The notes beneath the pieces are model-generated. The model did not search any database and was not told the origin of the DNA. It saw nothing but the letters and a program-made list of their open reading frames with translations. Shown here in pieces: positions 1 to 12,404 of a stretch of DNA of 64,000 bases (positions are counted from its first letter, which is position 1; every line of letters begins with the position of its first letter). The position numbers and the translations under genes were made by a program. This DNA comes from Fistulifera solaris. Its lineage: Eukaryota. The stretch covers positions 62,001 through 126,000 of the forward strand of contig AP026124.1 in NCBI GenBank assembly GCA_030295235.1, in the 5' to 3' direction.

Positions 1-1
1 C

Positions 2-517
2 ATGAACATACCAACAGCTGGAAACATCTTTTCGGGGTTCCCACAAGACAATGTTCGAGCATTTATTGCAGACGAAAACAGAAAACATCGTATAGTCCTC
101 TGGAGTGTCCGTAATAGTCCCTACTGCGCCGCGACCAAGAAGATTCTTCAACAATTCGGAGCTGTAGTTCATGAATTGGACGACTACAGCAACGGCGATC
201 AAATTCAACGAGAACTTCGGCGGCTGACATCCCACGCCACCTTGCCTATTGTGTTTGTCGATGACAACCATCTGGGAGGTTACGATGCCGTTCGAAGAGC
301 GTACCAGAGCGGTGCCCTGCACCAGGATTTCTCTAACCCTGGCTGCTCCTCTTCGTCGTCATCGCTCGACTTTGCTAGCAACGACTGTCCTATTGAAGAC
401 TATTTCATCCCACGAAGTATGTCCATGTATCCTCGCAAAGAAAGCTTAACGACAATAGTCGAGGCAGAGCGCGGACGACGTATGGGAATGCGATCCCACA
501 GTTTAGGAACATATTAA
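2..517 (+). CDS. Glutaredoxin-like protein with an atypical SPYC site and a Ser-rich C-terminal tail (5' end may lie outside the window)
   Basis: Grx fold motifs VLWSVRNSPYC, ELD..SNGDQIQ, TLPIVFV, HLGGYD. Confidence 0.75.
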   Translation: MNIPTAGNIFSGFPQDNVRAFIADENRKHRIVLWSVRNSPYCAATKKILQQFGAVVHELDDYSNGDQIQRELRRLTSHATLPIVFVDDNHLGGYDAVRRAYQSGALHQDFSNPGCSSSSSSLDFASNDCPIEDYFIPRSMSMYPRKESLTTIVEAERGRRMGMRSHSLGTY

Positions 518-777
518 GTCACTTTTGTTATTTTGAAATTTTCATACCAAAATATTGTTTATATCATTGATTCTTTACTTACAAAGTATCCTAATCCGTG
601 AAAGTAGCGCTCCAAGAGGAACAACTTGTAACAACAGATATTAGTGCTTCAGTACAAGTACCCTGTGAACTCCTGTATCGCGTATCCTCAATTACTCTCT
701 TCTCCGGAGAAAGGATATGGCAAGCATTTCATCGCATCTTACAAAATCGGAACGATTCAAGATAATATTTCAAATGT

Positions 778-1779
778 CTACAGGGGCGGCGGTGGAGGAG
801 GCGGAGGCGGCGGGGGCATCATAGGTGGTGGGGGAGGAAGCGATGGAGGTGGCGGCCTAAAAAAGAAGGGGACGAAAATGAGAAGACAAGAGAGACAGTT
901 GAGTCGTCATATGACATACTTACGGAGGTGGTGGTGGCGGCGGAATGGCATTCAATGGCAACGGCGGAGGACTGTAATAGGAGAAGCATCACGTGAGAAT
1001 AACGATTATCCAGCGACAAGACAACATTCCAAGACGTACGGCGGTGGTGGAGGAGGCGGCGGGGGTAATGGAGCTACCATGTCGGCATTGACATGAGCAC
1101 TAGCGAACATATGATTGGGTCGAAAGAACGTAGTCGTAGCGCTCGTTGCAGCAGGTCGCTGTTGCGCTTCTGCCAACATTCGTTCGGCACGTGTTCCGTG
1201 TCGTTCGTTGGTCGGTTTTCCGTCCGCATCCTTCTTGAGTGCGAATTGGACCTGAATTTGACGATTTCCCAAGAATTGTCCATTCATGAGCTCAATTGCG
1301 GTGTCGGCGGCAGCAAAATTGTCGTACGATACAAAGGCAAATCCTTTGGATTGATTGGTTTGTTCATCTCGCACCATATAAGGCGGTTTGGTGAGAGTCC
1401 CAAAGGCCGAAAAGGTATCGTGCAACAATTGTTCATCAACCGTTTGAGGATCCAAGTTTCCGATGAACAAATTAGCGCCAATATCCGGCAGAGACTGATC
1501 CTGCAAAGAACTTTTCGACACTCGCAGCGGACGTCCCATAAGTTTGATCATATTGAGTATCGTAATAGCATAATCGGCTTCAACAACATCTAGAAATTCG
1601 ATGAATCCGTAGCCATTGTGTGTCCCTGTGAGCTTATCCTTGGGCATATAAACTGATTGAACGCGACCAACTTGCACAAACAACTCCGTAAGCAGTTCTT
1701 CCGTACAGGTTGGGTCTAAGTTTCCAACGTAAACGGTCGCATCTTGATTGCGATGCTCGACATGAGCGAGTGATGCCAT
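778..1779 (-). CDS. SF3B4: Splicing factor 3B subunit 4 (SAP49/Hsh49): two RRMs and a Pro-rich tail; introns 972-1039 and 857-923
   Basis: RNQDATVYVGNLD, GYGFIEF, DIGANLFIGNLD, ERHGTRAERMLA; two GT-AG introns join the poly-Pro exons in frame to TAG at 778-780. Confidence 0.93.
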
Positions 1780-2367
1780 CGGAATTTCTGCGTGTGAGCG
1801 TTTGTTTGTCTGGTTTAGCCTTGATTAATGTAATAAATCACTCCACAAATAAATGATTAGCAAGAATGCAAATTCATGTATAAGGTGAAAAGAAATGAAG
1901 CATTGAACTAGCGAAGTTGGTTGTGTAACTGTACTGGTAATGAAGTCAAACAAAGCTCCTCAAAAATGGTTGCGTTGATCGTTGATCATCATCTCACACA
2001 ATCATCAATCAATCGTCGCCTTATTACTTCGCATCGCGGACGACGGTCGGTCCGCACGGCGTCTTTCTAATTATTAATTAACGACTGGATTATTTATTCA
2101 ATCCGGTATTGGCAACAAAGAACGTCATCGAAAGATGGTTGAGAAAATCATCGACATCCGATCGAACGAGAAAATGAGTTCCAGTTCCTAATGTTGTGAG
2201 TGAATCATCATTATTATTACTCCGTATTTTATTTCACCATCATCCATTACATTCTCATTTTTTCATACTTGTGTAAAAGAACTTCCTTCCCTTTGAATTC
2301 TTTATTCGATTCCAGTCATCTTCCTTTACAAATCTAGAGTATTGCAATTATTTCATCTATATACTTG

Positions 2368-2399
2368 ATGGGAAGCCTTTCTTCGAAATCCACTTCAGC

Positions 2400-2434
<35 letters not shown>

Positions 2435-2826
2435 ACATGAGCGAATTAAAAGACTTTATTCAAAAAGAGCATGAAGCCTCGCCGGTCGTTGTATGGTGCG
2501 TCCTAACCTCTGTTTCCTTTGGTTGAATTGTCTTTTGTCTCCCTTCATCTCACAATACCCCTTCGGTGCACTCTTCTTACAGGTCCAAGTCGTATTGCCC
2601 ATATTGCACGGCCACCAAAGATCTCTTTCAAAAACTTAATGTCCCGCACAAAGTACACGAATTGGATCAAATGCCGAACGGGAGTGACATTCAAGCGGCT
2701 TTGCAACAAATGACGGGACAACGTACCGTGCCGAACGTATTTATTAAGGGAAAACATTTGGGTGGCAATGATGATACGCAAGCGGCGTACCGATCGGGTC
2801 ATTTGCAGCAATTGTTGAGTCAGTAA
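2368..2826 (+). CDS. Class I dithiol glutaredoxin (CPYC); intron 2496-2582; possible myristoylated MGSLSS N-terminus
   Basis: Spliced product VVVW|SKSYCPYC, TVPNVFIKGKHLGGNDD. Confidence 0.9.
2401..2433 (+). repeat. (ACA)11 microsatellite encoding poly-Thr in the glutaredoxin N-terminus
   Basis: Direct reading of the sequence. Confidence 0.9.
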
Positions 2827-2985
2827 GAGAATACATTGGGAATTATACATTCATACTCAGTATAGCTTATCATCGATCCTACAGTTGTTAAATCACTAAA
2901 GGACGACATCCTACATGTGTGCACACACGCACATTTATATTTCTGGAACAAAACAAAAAAAAAAAAACACTCCACAACAACTACT

Positions 2986-4279
2986 CTACGTGTAATGCAT
3001 CTTGGGTGGGGGAGGAAACGGTACTGCGGATTGCGAAGGAGGCCTTTGAAACAGTGCTTCAGCTTCGGACGTGTTTGCAGTAGTCGTTGACACGGAGGTG
3101 GTTCGTATTGGCTCGACTACTGCCGGTTGTGTTGTTGTCGTGACTGGAGGTGGCGGTTGTTTCTGTGGAATATCAACTTCCTCTGCACTCTCTTCACTTT
3201 CATCGTCCTCTCCATGATCGACTTCCATCTCCAACTGAGGTTCTACTTCCAAAAGAGTTCGTGTAGGTGCAACGGCAGTCTCCGATGATGTTTGGGCTTG
3301 CTGTGATTGCGATGTTGTCGGAGTGGGCAACACCCCAACATACCGCACTTTGCGTTCCACACTGGTGCCCTCGGTCGTTCGTGCTGAGGAAGGCAATCGA
3401 TGCAAATATCCCGTTCCCACTTCGGCTCCTAGTAATCCCTTTCCACCCCACTCTAAAGTGGGCATCAGTGCTACGACACGGACCATATCAGAATCAGTAT
3501 TGTAAACGTACAATTCGACGACGTGATCTTCGTGTTGCCGCAGCAAAGTCGCTAATTCAGCGCTCGAATTCAGTGTTTGATGCGTTGTGCCCAGCAAAAA
3601 GTCTTTGAAGGGTACTAATCCTGCAATGGCGGCCGGAGATTGTGGTTCTACCGTCAAAATACGCACCAAACGATCTTCGGCCCCGGCATAATTGTCCAAT
3701 CGAATGGTGACTCCGAGTAAACCTGCACCTCCCCATTGATCACTCGGCGTCAATTCAACCAATCGCGCTTGTTGACTTTTTTATATTGTAAACCACTGTG
3801 TAAGTTGAATAGCAAAGATGAGGGAGTGAAAAATATCAAACACAAAGTAAGAGAGAGATGTATGCAAAGGTCATTTCCACTCGAAGCAGCAAAGAGAAGC
3901 AACACCCTACAAGATTTCCCTGTTCTTGTGGGTCTTCTTTGCCTGACGACATTCTGTCGTGAAAACTTACAGAATTCCATGGGCTTTTCTTTGTATTCAT
4001 TCAGCAATGCTGGTAAATCGACGTCGTTGTATTCTTCACCCGGTTGTAATCCTTCTCCGCTTCCCAGTAGCATTTGCCCTTGTGCACCGACTAAAAAATC
4101 TAAAAGGACACTAATCCCGCTTTGGCAGCTGGTGAATTGGGTTGAACTCCTAGCACACGATATCCTATTGTGTCAATGCCGTCAAAGGGGTCCAAAGTGT
4201 CATCGTCGTCATCGTCATGAAAATCGTTGTCGTTGCCGTTCACGTCTTGATAAGCGGCAGAGCCCTGAGTGTTTCCCAT
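2986..4279 (-). CDS. GORASP: Golgi reassembly-stacking protein (GRASP55/65, Grh1); intron 3796-3970; homopolymer frameshifts near 4102 and 3780
   Basis: MGNTQG start, GYRVLGVQPNSPAAKAGL, WGGAGLLGVTIR, WGGKGLLGAEVGTGYLHRLP, Ser/Pro-rich tail. Confidence 0.9.
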
Positions 4280-5423
4280 GACAAAGAAAGAGGTAACTGA
4301 TACTTGGAAAATAGATACCAGGAAGGCTTTTGGAAAGTGACTATCATGAGCTAAAAATAACACAAACGCAATAAACGCGAAAAGGACTTTCCTCGCAAAT
4401 CGCGTCCTCTGGAATTGTTGTATTGGATGCCTACCAGGTACGTGCATATCACGTAGGCTCCGTAGGGAAATTAATTGACAACGAGGTAAACCCGGATATT
4501 GAGTATGGTTTCATTATCCATGTTTCGGGTTTGTTTGAGTGCGATACTCTAATGCATTACCCCAACATCCATCCTTCACACCAGTCAGCGATGTTCACAA
4601 CCAATTCAAAATCAAATCTTAGAAAAGAGCAAAGATACAACGCTTCTAATGTCTACGTGAGAATCACGTAGGGCCCGTAGGAAGTTTATCGATGTAAAAG
4701 GTCGCCAACACTGAATTTTATAAAAAATACGGACACCAACGGTATAAAAGATTATTGGCATTCATCATGAAGGCATGCATTGCAGAAACTGGTCAACGTA
4801 AGAGCTTCTCGAGCAATCAGTACGAACTTTTACTCAGTACGGAGTAATGGTCATCAGGCTCGAAACTTTTGGTTCGTGATTGAAATTCAATCGTGGTTAT
4901 GTTAATTTAACACTTCGTGCTATAGTAAAAACGGAAGCCAACGAGACGAAGTGAATTTCGACGGTAAATCACCACGGCGTGCACCGTTGAAGCTGTAGAA
5001 CGTAAATTCACAAAGTGACTAATGATATGTTTTTTGAGCGACCAGTAAGAACCTATATTTCTTATTAAGTATTAACCCGTCCCGTATAAATTTAGGTTCG
5101 TGTCACAGGTTATCGTAATGTTTGGACCCCCAAGCCCCAAGTCATGTCAACATAAGAATGGATGCGTATGTTGGAGCTGCTACTCGAACTTATTGAAAAG
5201 TAAGCTAAATTCTAGGCCATAGTTGCTTACACTTTCCTTCAAAGGACAGTAAACACTGCTTGATAATGACCGATTCGCTTCTTTGCAAGGACTTTGCTTT
5301 ATTGTTCTTGTTTTGCCAAATATTGCGGTTGAGTACGATTGGATAGTCCTTTGCTTACAGTCAATCGACTTAGATAACTACGACACGGCATGATACATGT
5401 CGAACAAGTTTTTCCGATTCATG

Positions 5424-6757
5424 CTATTCTTGCCAGTGGATCGATTTAAAGTACTGCACATGTTCGTTGCGAATGTTGTAGCACGGATGCGTGGCTGCCA
5501 CAGACGCATGCCTTGAGAACACGACAATTTCATCCTCCGTTTCACTCGACTTACCGCGATACTGCTGTGCAATTGACAAGCCAGATAGGTTATAGCACGA
5601 ATGATAGAAATCTCGGGTCTTGGATGGCTTGTCGCGTAAACCTCCGTGAATGTCTTGTGCGCATAGTAAAATGTATCGTTCCAACATGGCCGTATCAAAA
5701 GCGCCGCCGAAGTTTTTGTATCATTAGAACCATCATTCGACAATAAAAGATCACTGACTACCGCCAGAGCACCTCCTTGCCAGAAACTATAGCATCCGTC
5801 GACCAGTTTGTTGGATCGACCACTGAATCCACCTTCCAACGCTAATTGCCTTCGCGATGCATAATCGCAAAGCGCACCTAAATCGATCAAATGGGTACTT
5901 TCCATCAATTGCAAAGCCGCAATGGCACAATATGTGTATCCACCGTGTGCTTCGGCACCGGGTTCCCCACCAAATCCACCTTCCCATGTTTGACACGCAC
6001 TGACAAAGTTTGCCCATGAAAGGGGTAACGGTAGTTGCAACAACGAGAGGACGGCAATACAACAATATGTCGCTCGGACATCAATTTCTCCATCGTGATG
6101 CATTCGCACACGACCTTGTTCATCGGCCAGAGTAAGCATCCACTGATAAAGAGGCTTTCGCACTTGCTGCAAGAGGTGTAGTGCCGAGTGTGATGATGAC
6201 GGCTGTAGCGTATCGTTCTTCACCGAATCCATTGCATGTCGTTCATGACTAGCGAGAATCGCCAAGGACATTACTGCCGCATAGGTCGTTGCCGCATGAG
6301 GCAGCTGTCCCGGTCCTCCACCAAAGCCTCCATCCCGTGGATGAAAAAAGAGTTGTAGTGTTTGTACCATAGCTTGACGTTCCTCCGCCGTAGTTTTGTA
6401 ATCGAGCAAATCACACGCATGTAATGTCCAGTAAATCATCCAGGATCGACTGGAATCGAGTGTTACAAAAGAAGGACGCAGTTGGGATCGTAAGGTCGGT
6501 TGAAAGACGGGTGATAAGTATTGTATGTGTCGATCGACCAATAGACAAATATCCAAGTCCTGCTCGTCAACTGACCCTTCCGTACTCATAAGCAATCCCG
6601 ATTGTCGTAAATGATCCAATTGACTGGGAGGCAATGTTGCCAAGTTGACAAAAAACGGTTGACATTCCATTTCGGTTCGTTGTTGTTGTCGAGTCGAGTC
6701 GGTGCGTTTTAAAAACGGCATGACCGTTTGTTGATCGATCTTTCGCACAATCGTCAT
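5424..6757 (-). CDS. FNTB: Protein farnesyltransferase beta subunit; frameshift near 5715
   Basis: LDSSRSWMIYW, GFGGGPGQLPHAATTYAAV, EAHGGYTYC, GRSNKLVDGCYSFW; shifted frame continues GGLRDKPSKTRDFYHSCYNLSGLS. Confidence 0.93.
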
Positions 6758-7244
6758 AGTTTTGCTATCAAAAGTGGGTTGTTGTAGGTGTACCTGGTAT
6801 CTTGTTGTTGACTTTTGCTAACAGGCTAATTAATACTCATAGCTCATAGGGCACCTTGGTTGTCGTTGTCGCGGTTACCTGGAGTCATATAATTGCTCAC
6901 ACGACCATTTCGTGACTAAACTCCAGTCTTAGAAATTGCCATTGTAACCCGACTCACGACTCACAGCTCACAGCTTACACAAAGGCTTACAGCTCACAAA
7001 GGGGTATATGTTGCAGCTCATGACTAAAATTCCTTGCCACGTCATCTTCACGTCATCGTCTGTCTTCGCTCGGTCCGACTGGTCGTTCCCACGTTTATAG
7101 CTCTCGTTGCGACCCTTTGCGACGACGCTTTGGTTTATTCATTCGTCTTCTGTATCATCGTCGTCCATTTTGTTCTTACGTTGTCTTTCTTCATCTCGCT
7201 ATATTTTGTATCCCATCGCAAGATACCTAACCGAATACATCAAG

Positions 7245-7615
7245 ATGTCATCACTGCAATTGTATCGTTCGATGATGCGACAAGCCAAACACATTCACGA
7301 TTACAACTTTCGAGAGTATGCCTTGCGTCGTGTCAAGGCGGGTTTTCGTCAACATCTATCTGCGACCGGGTGCGTGTCATGATAGTCGCTCGAGTTTCAA
7401 TCTGGTGTTTGTCTTTGATTCTACGATTCAATCACTTGACAAGTCTAACGTCACCTCCATCATCATTGTTTCATTTTCTGTTGCACAGACCCGAATTGCA
7501 AACGGCCCTACAATTTGGTCAAGAACAATTGCAAGTCATGCAACGGTTTGCCCAAATGTCGCAATCCTATCCGAGTGCTCGATCTGTTATGGAATCTGCG
7601 CCATTTATGGGTTAG
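7245..7615 (+). CDS. LYRM4: LYR-motif protein Isd11/LYRM4 (mitochondrial Fe-S assembly); intron 7370-7488
   Basis: LQLYRSMMRQAKHIHDYNFREYALRRVKAGFR; exon 2 ends YPSARSVME. Confidence 0.88.
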
Positions 7616-7836
7616 TAACAGAGAGAGGACTTTTGTTTTGTAGATTGCTTCCTGAATGATTATACTTTCAAGTGCGAATGGCACCTTTTCTAAACATTGG
7701 ATGCTGGATGCACGAAACAAAATCGACACACGTCACAAGTTACGTATTAAAAAGAATAGCAATAAGTAACTTATGACTTTTATCATCAACAACAGCAACC
7801 ATCATCAATACGGTCTCCACTTTCCCCACATTCGTC

Positions 7837-8397
7837 TTAACGAAACAAATCTTTCATACGCATCGCATCCTTTTCGTACCGCTGTTGCGCTCGCTTCTCA
7901 CGTTCTGCACGCAATCCTTCCTTCCCACCAAATCGTTTGTGTGCTCGTTGTCGTATTTCACTCCGAGCATACAGCTTAACCTTGGCCCAGCGGGGATTAC
8001 GGGGATTCGGACGTTCTTCTACCACCTTACAAACCGATAAAGTGCCCACGGGTAAACAGTACTGTTGCGTAGCCTCGGTTTGAGTCACAAACGGTGATGC
8101 GCCCACTTCAAAATCTTCTAATTCATCCTCGTTGTTTGTGTTTGCCGTTGTAGCATATTCCGTTTTCGCCTTCTTGTGATTGCTGTTGTTGTTGCTGCCA
8201 TTGTCTTTACTAATCTCTATAACTTTCTCTTTGCCTGAATTTTCTACACATTTGTCATTCTGTGATTCTCCTGCTCGATCTATTTCCTCTTCGATCTCTG
8301 CTCGTTCGCCCTCTTCTTTCTCTCCTTCTTGTCTTCGAATCTTTCCTCCTTCCTCGTTCCCATCTTCCATCTCCTTTCGTTTTAGTACAGTATTCAT
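7837..8397 (-). CDS. Protein with an XPA/Rad14 C-terminal-like domain and a charged N-terminus
   Basis: VTQTEATQQYCLP, RPNPRNPRWAKVKLY, AHKRFGGKEGLRAEREKR resemble XPA_C. Confidence 0.7.
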   Translation of the reverse strand: MNTVLKRKEMEDGNEEGGKIRRQEGEKEEGERAEIEEEIDRAGESQNDKCVENSGKEKVIEISKDNGSNNNSNHKKAKTEYATTANTNNEDELEDFEVGASPFVTQTEATQQYCLPVGTLSVCKVVEERPNPRNPRWAKVKLYARSEIRQRAHKRFGGKEGLRAEREKRAQQRYEKDAMRMKDLFR

Positions 8398-8423
8398 GTT
8401 TATTCCTGGTTCTGTTTTCCTAT

Positions 8424-8609
8424 TTACTGACGAGCTGATGATCCCGATAAAAGTCTACGTTCGTCGGGACCTGCCATAAACCAAAAGGCGCCACGCAATA
8501 CAACAAAATAAACAGTCAATTGTCCCCAAAACCACAATTGAGGATTATTCCACCCTTTGTTATTGCCGTTACCGTTACCGTCCGCGCCACCTGGTTGTAA
8601 TGTAAACAT
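8424..8609 (-). CDS. Putative 61-aa single-pass membrane microprotein
   Basis: ATG start, G/N-rich N-terminus, one hydrophobic helix LWFWGQLTVYFVVLRGAFWFM. Confidence 0.45.
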   Translation of the reverse strand: MFTLQPGGADGNGNGNNKGWNNPQLWFWGQLTVYFVVLRGAFWFMAGPDERRLLSGSSARQ

Positions 8610-9246
8610 GAAAAAGAATTATTTGGTGAAATGGAAATTAAGACTTCAATGGAAGTAAATTAAAATAATGATATCACGTCAATGGGTGTTATTGCTGCAA
8701 GAACAGGTTTTGTGAGGCGCAGGAGCGCGCTGGCCGCAGACCGCAGATACAAGGTACGTAGTACGGTACTGTTTACTTGCTACCAGGTACCGGTACCAGT
8801 ACCGCGCGGTAGTTGCTTACCCGACAAAACGAGCGTCTGTCCCTCGCACGACACAACTCGACACTCAACCAACAACCACCGCAATCTTTTTTTTCAATCT
8901 GACTTTCTTATCGCACCAGAGTTTGATTACTCGGACACTTACTTCGAAAAACAAATCCATTGAAGCAGATTTGAAAATTATTTGAACGCATCGACGCTGG
9001 GTTGGTGATAATTATAGGGTGAAATGCATCACCTTGTGCCCCAAGGTTACTATAGAATTAAATGTAGATTCTTCATGCCCCGACTCAACCATATTGCAGT
9101 CCCGGAACTCTTGAATGGCGCTGTCTGTCCTTCGAACGCACAACGGCCGCTCGTGACGTTGTTGCACTTTACAGAGCAAATAAACCAAAAGAGGATTGAT
9201 TATTCCTTACTTCCCTTCTAATTATCCCCCCTTGTTCGTGCATTTG

Positions 9247-10068
9247 ATGATGAGTGTCTCCAAATCAATTCAGGAAGTGCTAGGACGAGCCCTCCGCGAA
9301 ACCGGAGCTCATTTGAAGCGTCAGGGAAATGTCGAAGTACGTTTGTTGATGATTTTATTGGCTTTCCCTCTCGTTTTGTTCTTTGTTGCTTACCATTTTA
9401 AACCCTTCTATTGATTTTCTTCCATTCTTTATTGCACTTTCTGATAGATTTTTTCACGCCATCGTCCAAAAATGACATTTCGCGGTCAAAAGCCCTTTCA
9501 AACGAACGATACCTTCATTGCACCGAGCGCTTCGGTGATCGGGAATGTCACCAATTGGGATCAATCCACTGTTTGGTACAAAGCAGTCGTTCGGGCAGAT
9601 ACGCATCCTATCACAATTGGATTTTCGAGCAGTGTGGGAGAAGGAACGGTCATTACTACGTTGAATGTTGAAGAGTTGGAGGAAACCGGTTTCCCTCCAG
9701 AGACGCACATTGGCCATTATGTCACCATTGGAGCCGGTTGTATCTTAAAATCCTGTCGCATAGATGATATGGTCAGTGTAGGAGACAAGTGTGTCATTTT
9801 AGAGGGAAGTCTTGTCGAAAATAATGTCATTCTCGAACCAGGCACGGTCGTTATGCCTTACCAGCGCATTCCTTCGGGTCAAAAATGGGGAGGCAATCCG
9901 GCGGCCTATGTTGGTGAATTGACGCCGGAAGAAAAGGAACACATTCCCGCGGAAGCCTTGCATGTGCATGAACAAGCAAAAGAACATTTGGTGGAATTCT
10001 TGCCCTACGGATACAGTTACGTGCATTTGGAAGATGTCGAGAAAGAGCAGTTGAGCAAAGAAGGTTAA
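9247..10068 (+). CDS. Gamma carbonic anhydrase-like protein (mitochondrial complex I CA-module type); intron 9337-9447
   Basis: LGRALRETG, spliced IFSRHR, FIAPSASVIGNV hexapeptide repeats, IPSGQKWGGNPA. Confidence 0.88.
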
Positions 10069-10209
10069 CTCAGAAAGGAAACAAACCAAGACAGACGATA
10101 AAATCGCACGATGCACCTGTCTAATCATCCATTTATCAGTACAACAGTCCTATAAAAAGTAAGAATGCATTGCTTTTAATAAAAACTTATTGTGATGCCG
10201 AGTCGAAAA

Positions 10210-11999
10210 CTACCAAAATGACTTTTTGCCCTTATCAATGGGCGGACTATCGATACAAGGTTTCCGACTTGGCTTGTCACGGTAGTGACACTGGACCTCG
10301 GGCTCTTGGATACAACAATCTTGCATCGGTGGTACGGCTTCCACTCCCACGCATTCAGCTTTTACGTACCAGTCTCCCATTTGTTGCAAGAACTTTTGCT
10401 TATTGTCCTTGTTGTGGGTCCAGCTCATATGGAAGATATAAGGCTTTTCGGTCATAAGAGTATTGGACGCAAATTGTTTCATAAATTCTTTGCGATTGTG
10501 ATAATGGAAGCCACCCGGAAACAGTTGCCCTTGAGGATCGTCGCGGCCCAATACCTTGACTTTGAGGCCACGATCGCTGGCGAAATCTGCCAACAGTGTC
10601 GTCAATGCCGATTGATGACTACCACTCTGTTGAATCAGATCGCCCATGCGCAAAAAGACAGAAAACAAGTATTCGGTCCGAGCATTGTGTCGAATGAAAT
10701 AGAAGCCAGTGTTGGGCGAATAAGGAGCGTATCGACTGCTGCGCGCCCCGTCATCTTGAAAGTACAAATCGAAATCACCAATGATTGGAACATTGTCCGC
10801 ATGGAAGTAGTCAAGAGGATTCTTGTACCATACAATATCCACATCTTGAAACAACAAATCGTATCCCAGCATGTTGATCAATTGCACGCAATACACTTTG
10901 GCCATCATCATGCCTGTCGGGGGGGGAAAAGGGTCAAATGAATGACGAGTTCAAAGAAGGACACGAAAGCAACAGACTATTCTTCATTCATCAACGCACC
11001 GGCAAATACTTTATCACCGTAAGCCCGTGCCGCTTTCTTGGGCATTTCACCAAAATCATCACCGACGGCAAAGGCGGTGACACCCCACGTTTCGGCAAGT
11101 GCCATCATTTCATCGTCTGTCGCAAACAACAGTACGCGAGACAAATCCAAGTTCCGAGCCTTGGCACTACACACAAAATTGAGAAACAATTCCGATTGTC
11201 CGAAATTGCACACCATGACGACAATGGTATTCCCTGACCCCGCCGCTTGCTGCGCCAATGGCTTTAATCGTTCCAGTATACTCGGCAATCGCTCCAAATA
11301 ATCTTTAAGAATAGGCCCATAATCATCCAATAAGGTTTGTGCGGCTGGTAAACCGGGTGAACGACCGTTGGGTTGCTGATATTTGGAAACATACTGCATG
11401 GGGTACTTCCGATGCACTTGATTGTTTGTGTCCATCGAAGGAGGCAAGCGTGTAAAATGATGAACGTGAAAGCTTTCCCACTGTCCGACAATACCGACAC
11501 ATTGTCCTTTCCGTTCGGGTTTGATTAAAACAACTTGCATTTCGAGACAGTTTTGGGTGGCTGATATTGAATCTGAAAACATGGGCAATTTTCGCGGATC
11601 GGTCGTTGTTGTAGCCGGTAATGTATCTGGATGTGTATACAACAGCATCACTTGATCGTTTCCTGGTTTATTGGGAATATCCCAAGGTACACCGATATCA
11701 TATTGTTGAATGAAACTCGATCGATCGACCAAAGCCGCACCAGCAACCAATTGTCCGATCGATTGTCTCGGAAAGACGTCCATTCCGGAAGTAAAGGAAA
11801 CTCCACTGACACTGCTGGTAAAACCATCACGAGATTTTTGCATGGATCCACCAAAGAAGACTCCGACTTGAAAAGCAAACACGGCGACCAGGAAATGCGA
11901 TAGTAAAGTGATCGGTGATATCATGCAAAAGCTCAAGAAGCGTTTATTGCTCGCGTTGTTGTTGCGAGAATTCGAGGATACATTGGTTATCGTCACCAT
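10210..11999 (-). CDS. Nucleotide-diphospho-sugar transferase (GT77-like), type II membrane protein; intron 10914-10999
   Basis: N-terminal TM helix; LFLNFVCSA, LLFQDVDIVWYKNP (DxD), NTGFYFIR. Confidence 0.85.
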
Positions 12000-12404
12000 G
12001 GTTCATTAAAGGTTAATCTTGTGCTGATTAGATAAGGAAAGGATGGTAAAATAGAGCCAGTACCAGGAAGGAAGAGAGTTTGTGGGAAGTTTATTATTTT
12101 AAATTCGATTCATTCGCAACAAAAACAGAAAAAATAATACGAGTACCAGTAACACTATAATCTATAATGTTTCGGATGCGCGGTCATTTTTCACTCACTT
12201 ATGTCGGTATCAGTCGCAGCGGTATACAAGGATCGAAATACGTGATACCTGTAAGACACCGTAAATTCAAATATGAGCAAAGTGTACATCAATGCCGATA
12301 CGACAGTCTCCGTTCATATTCACTCCGCTACACGTTTTTACAGCTCCGCATTTTTTAACTACGTATTCGTTTTTTTTATTCGATGCGAATGCGAATGACG
12401 AGGA

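Noticed and set aside
644..1096. Gly-rich + strand ORF
   Set aside because: Antisense shadow of the poly-Pro exons of SF3B4.
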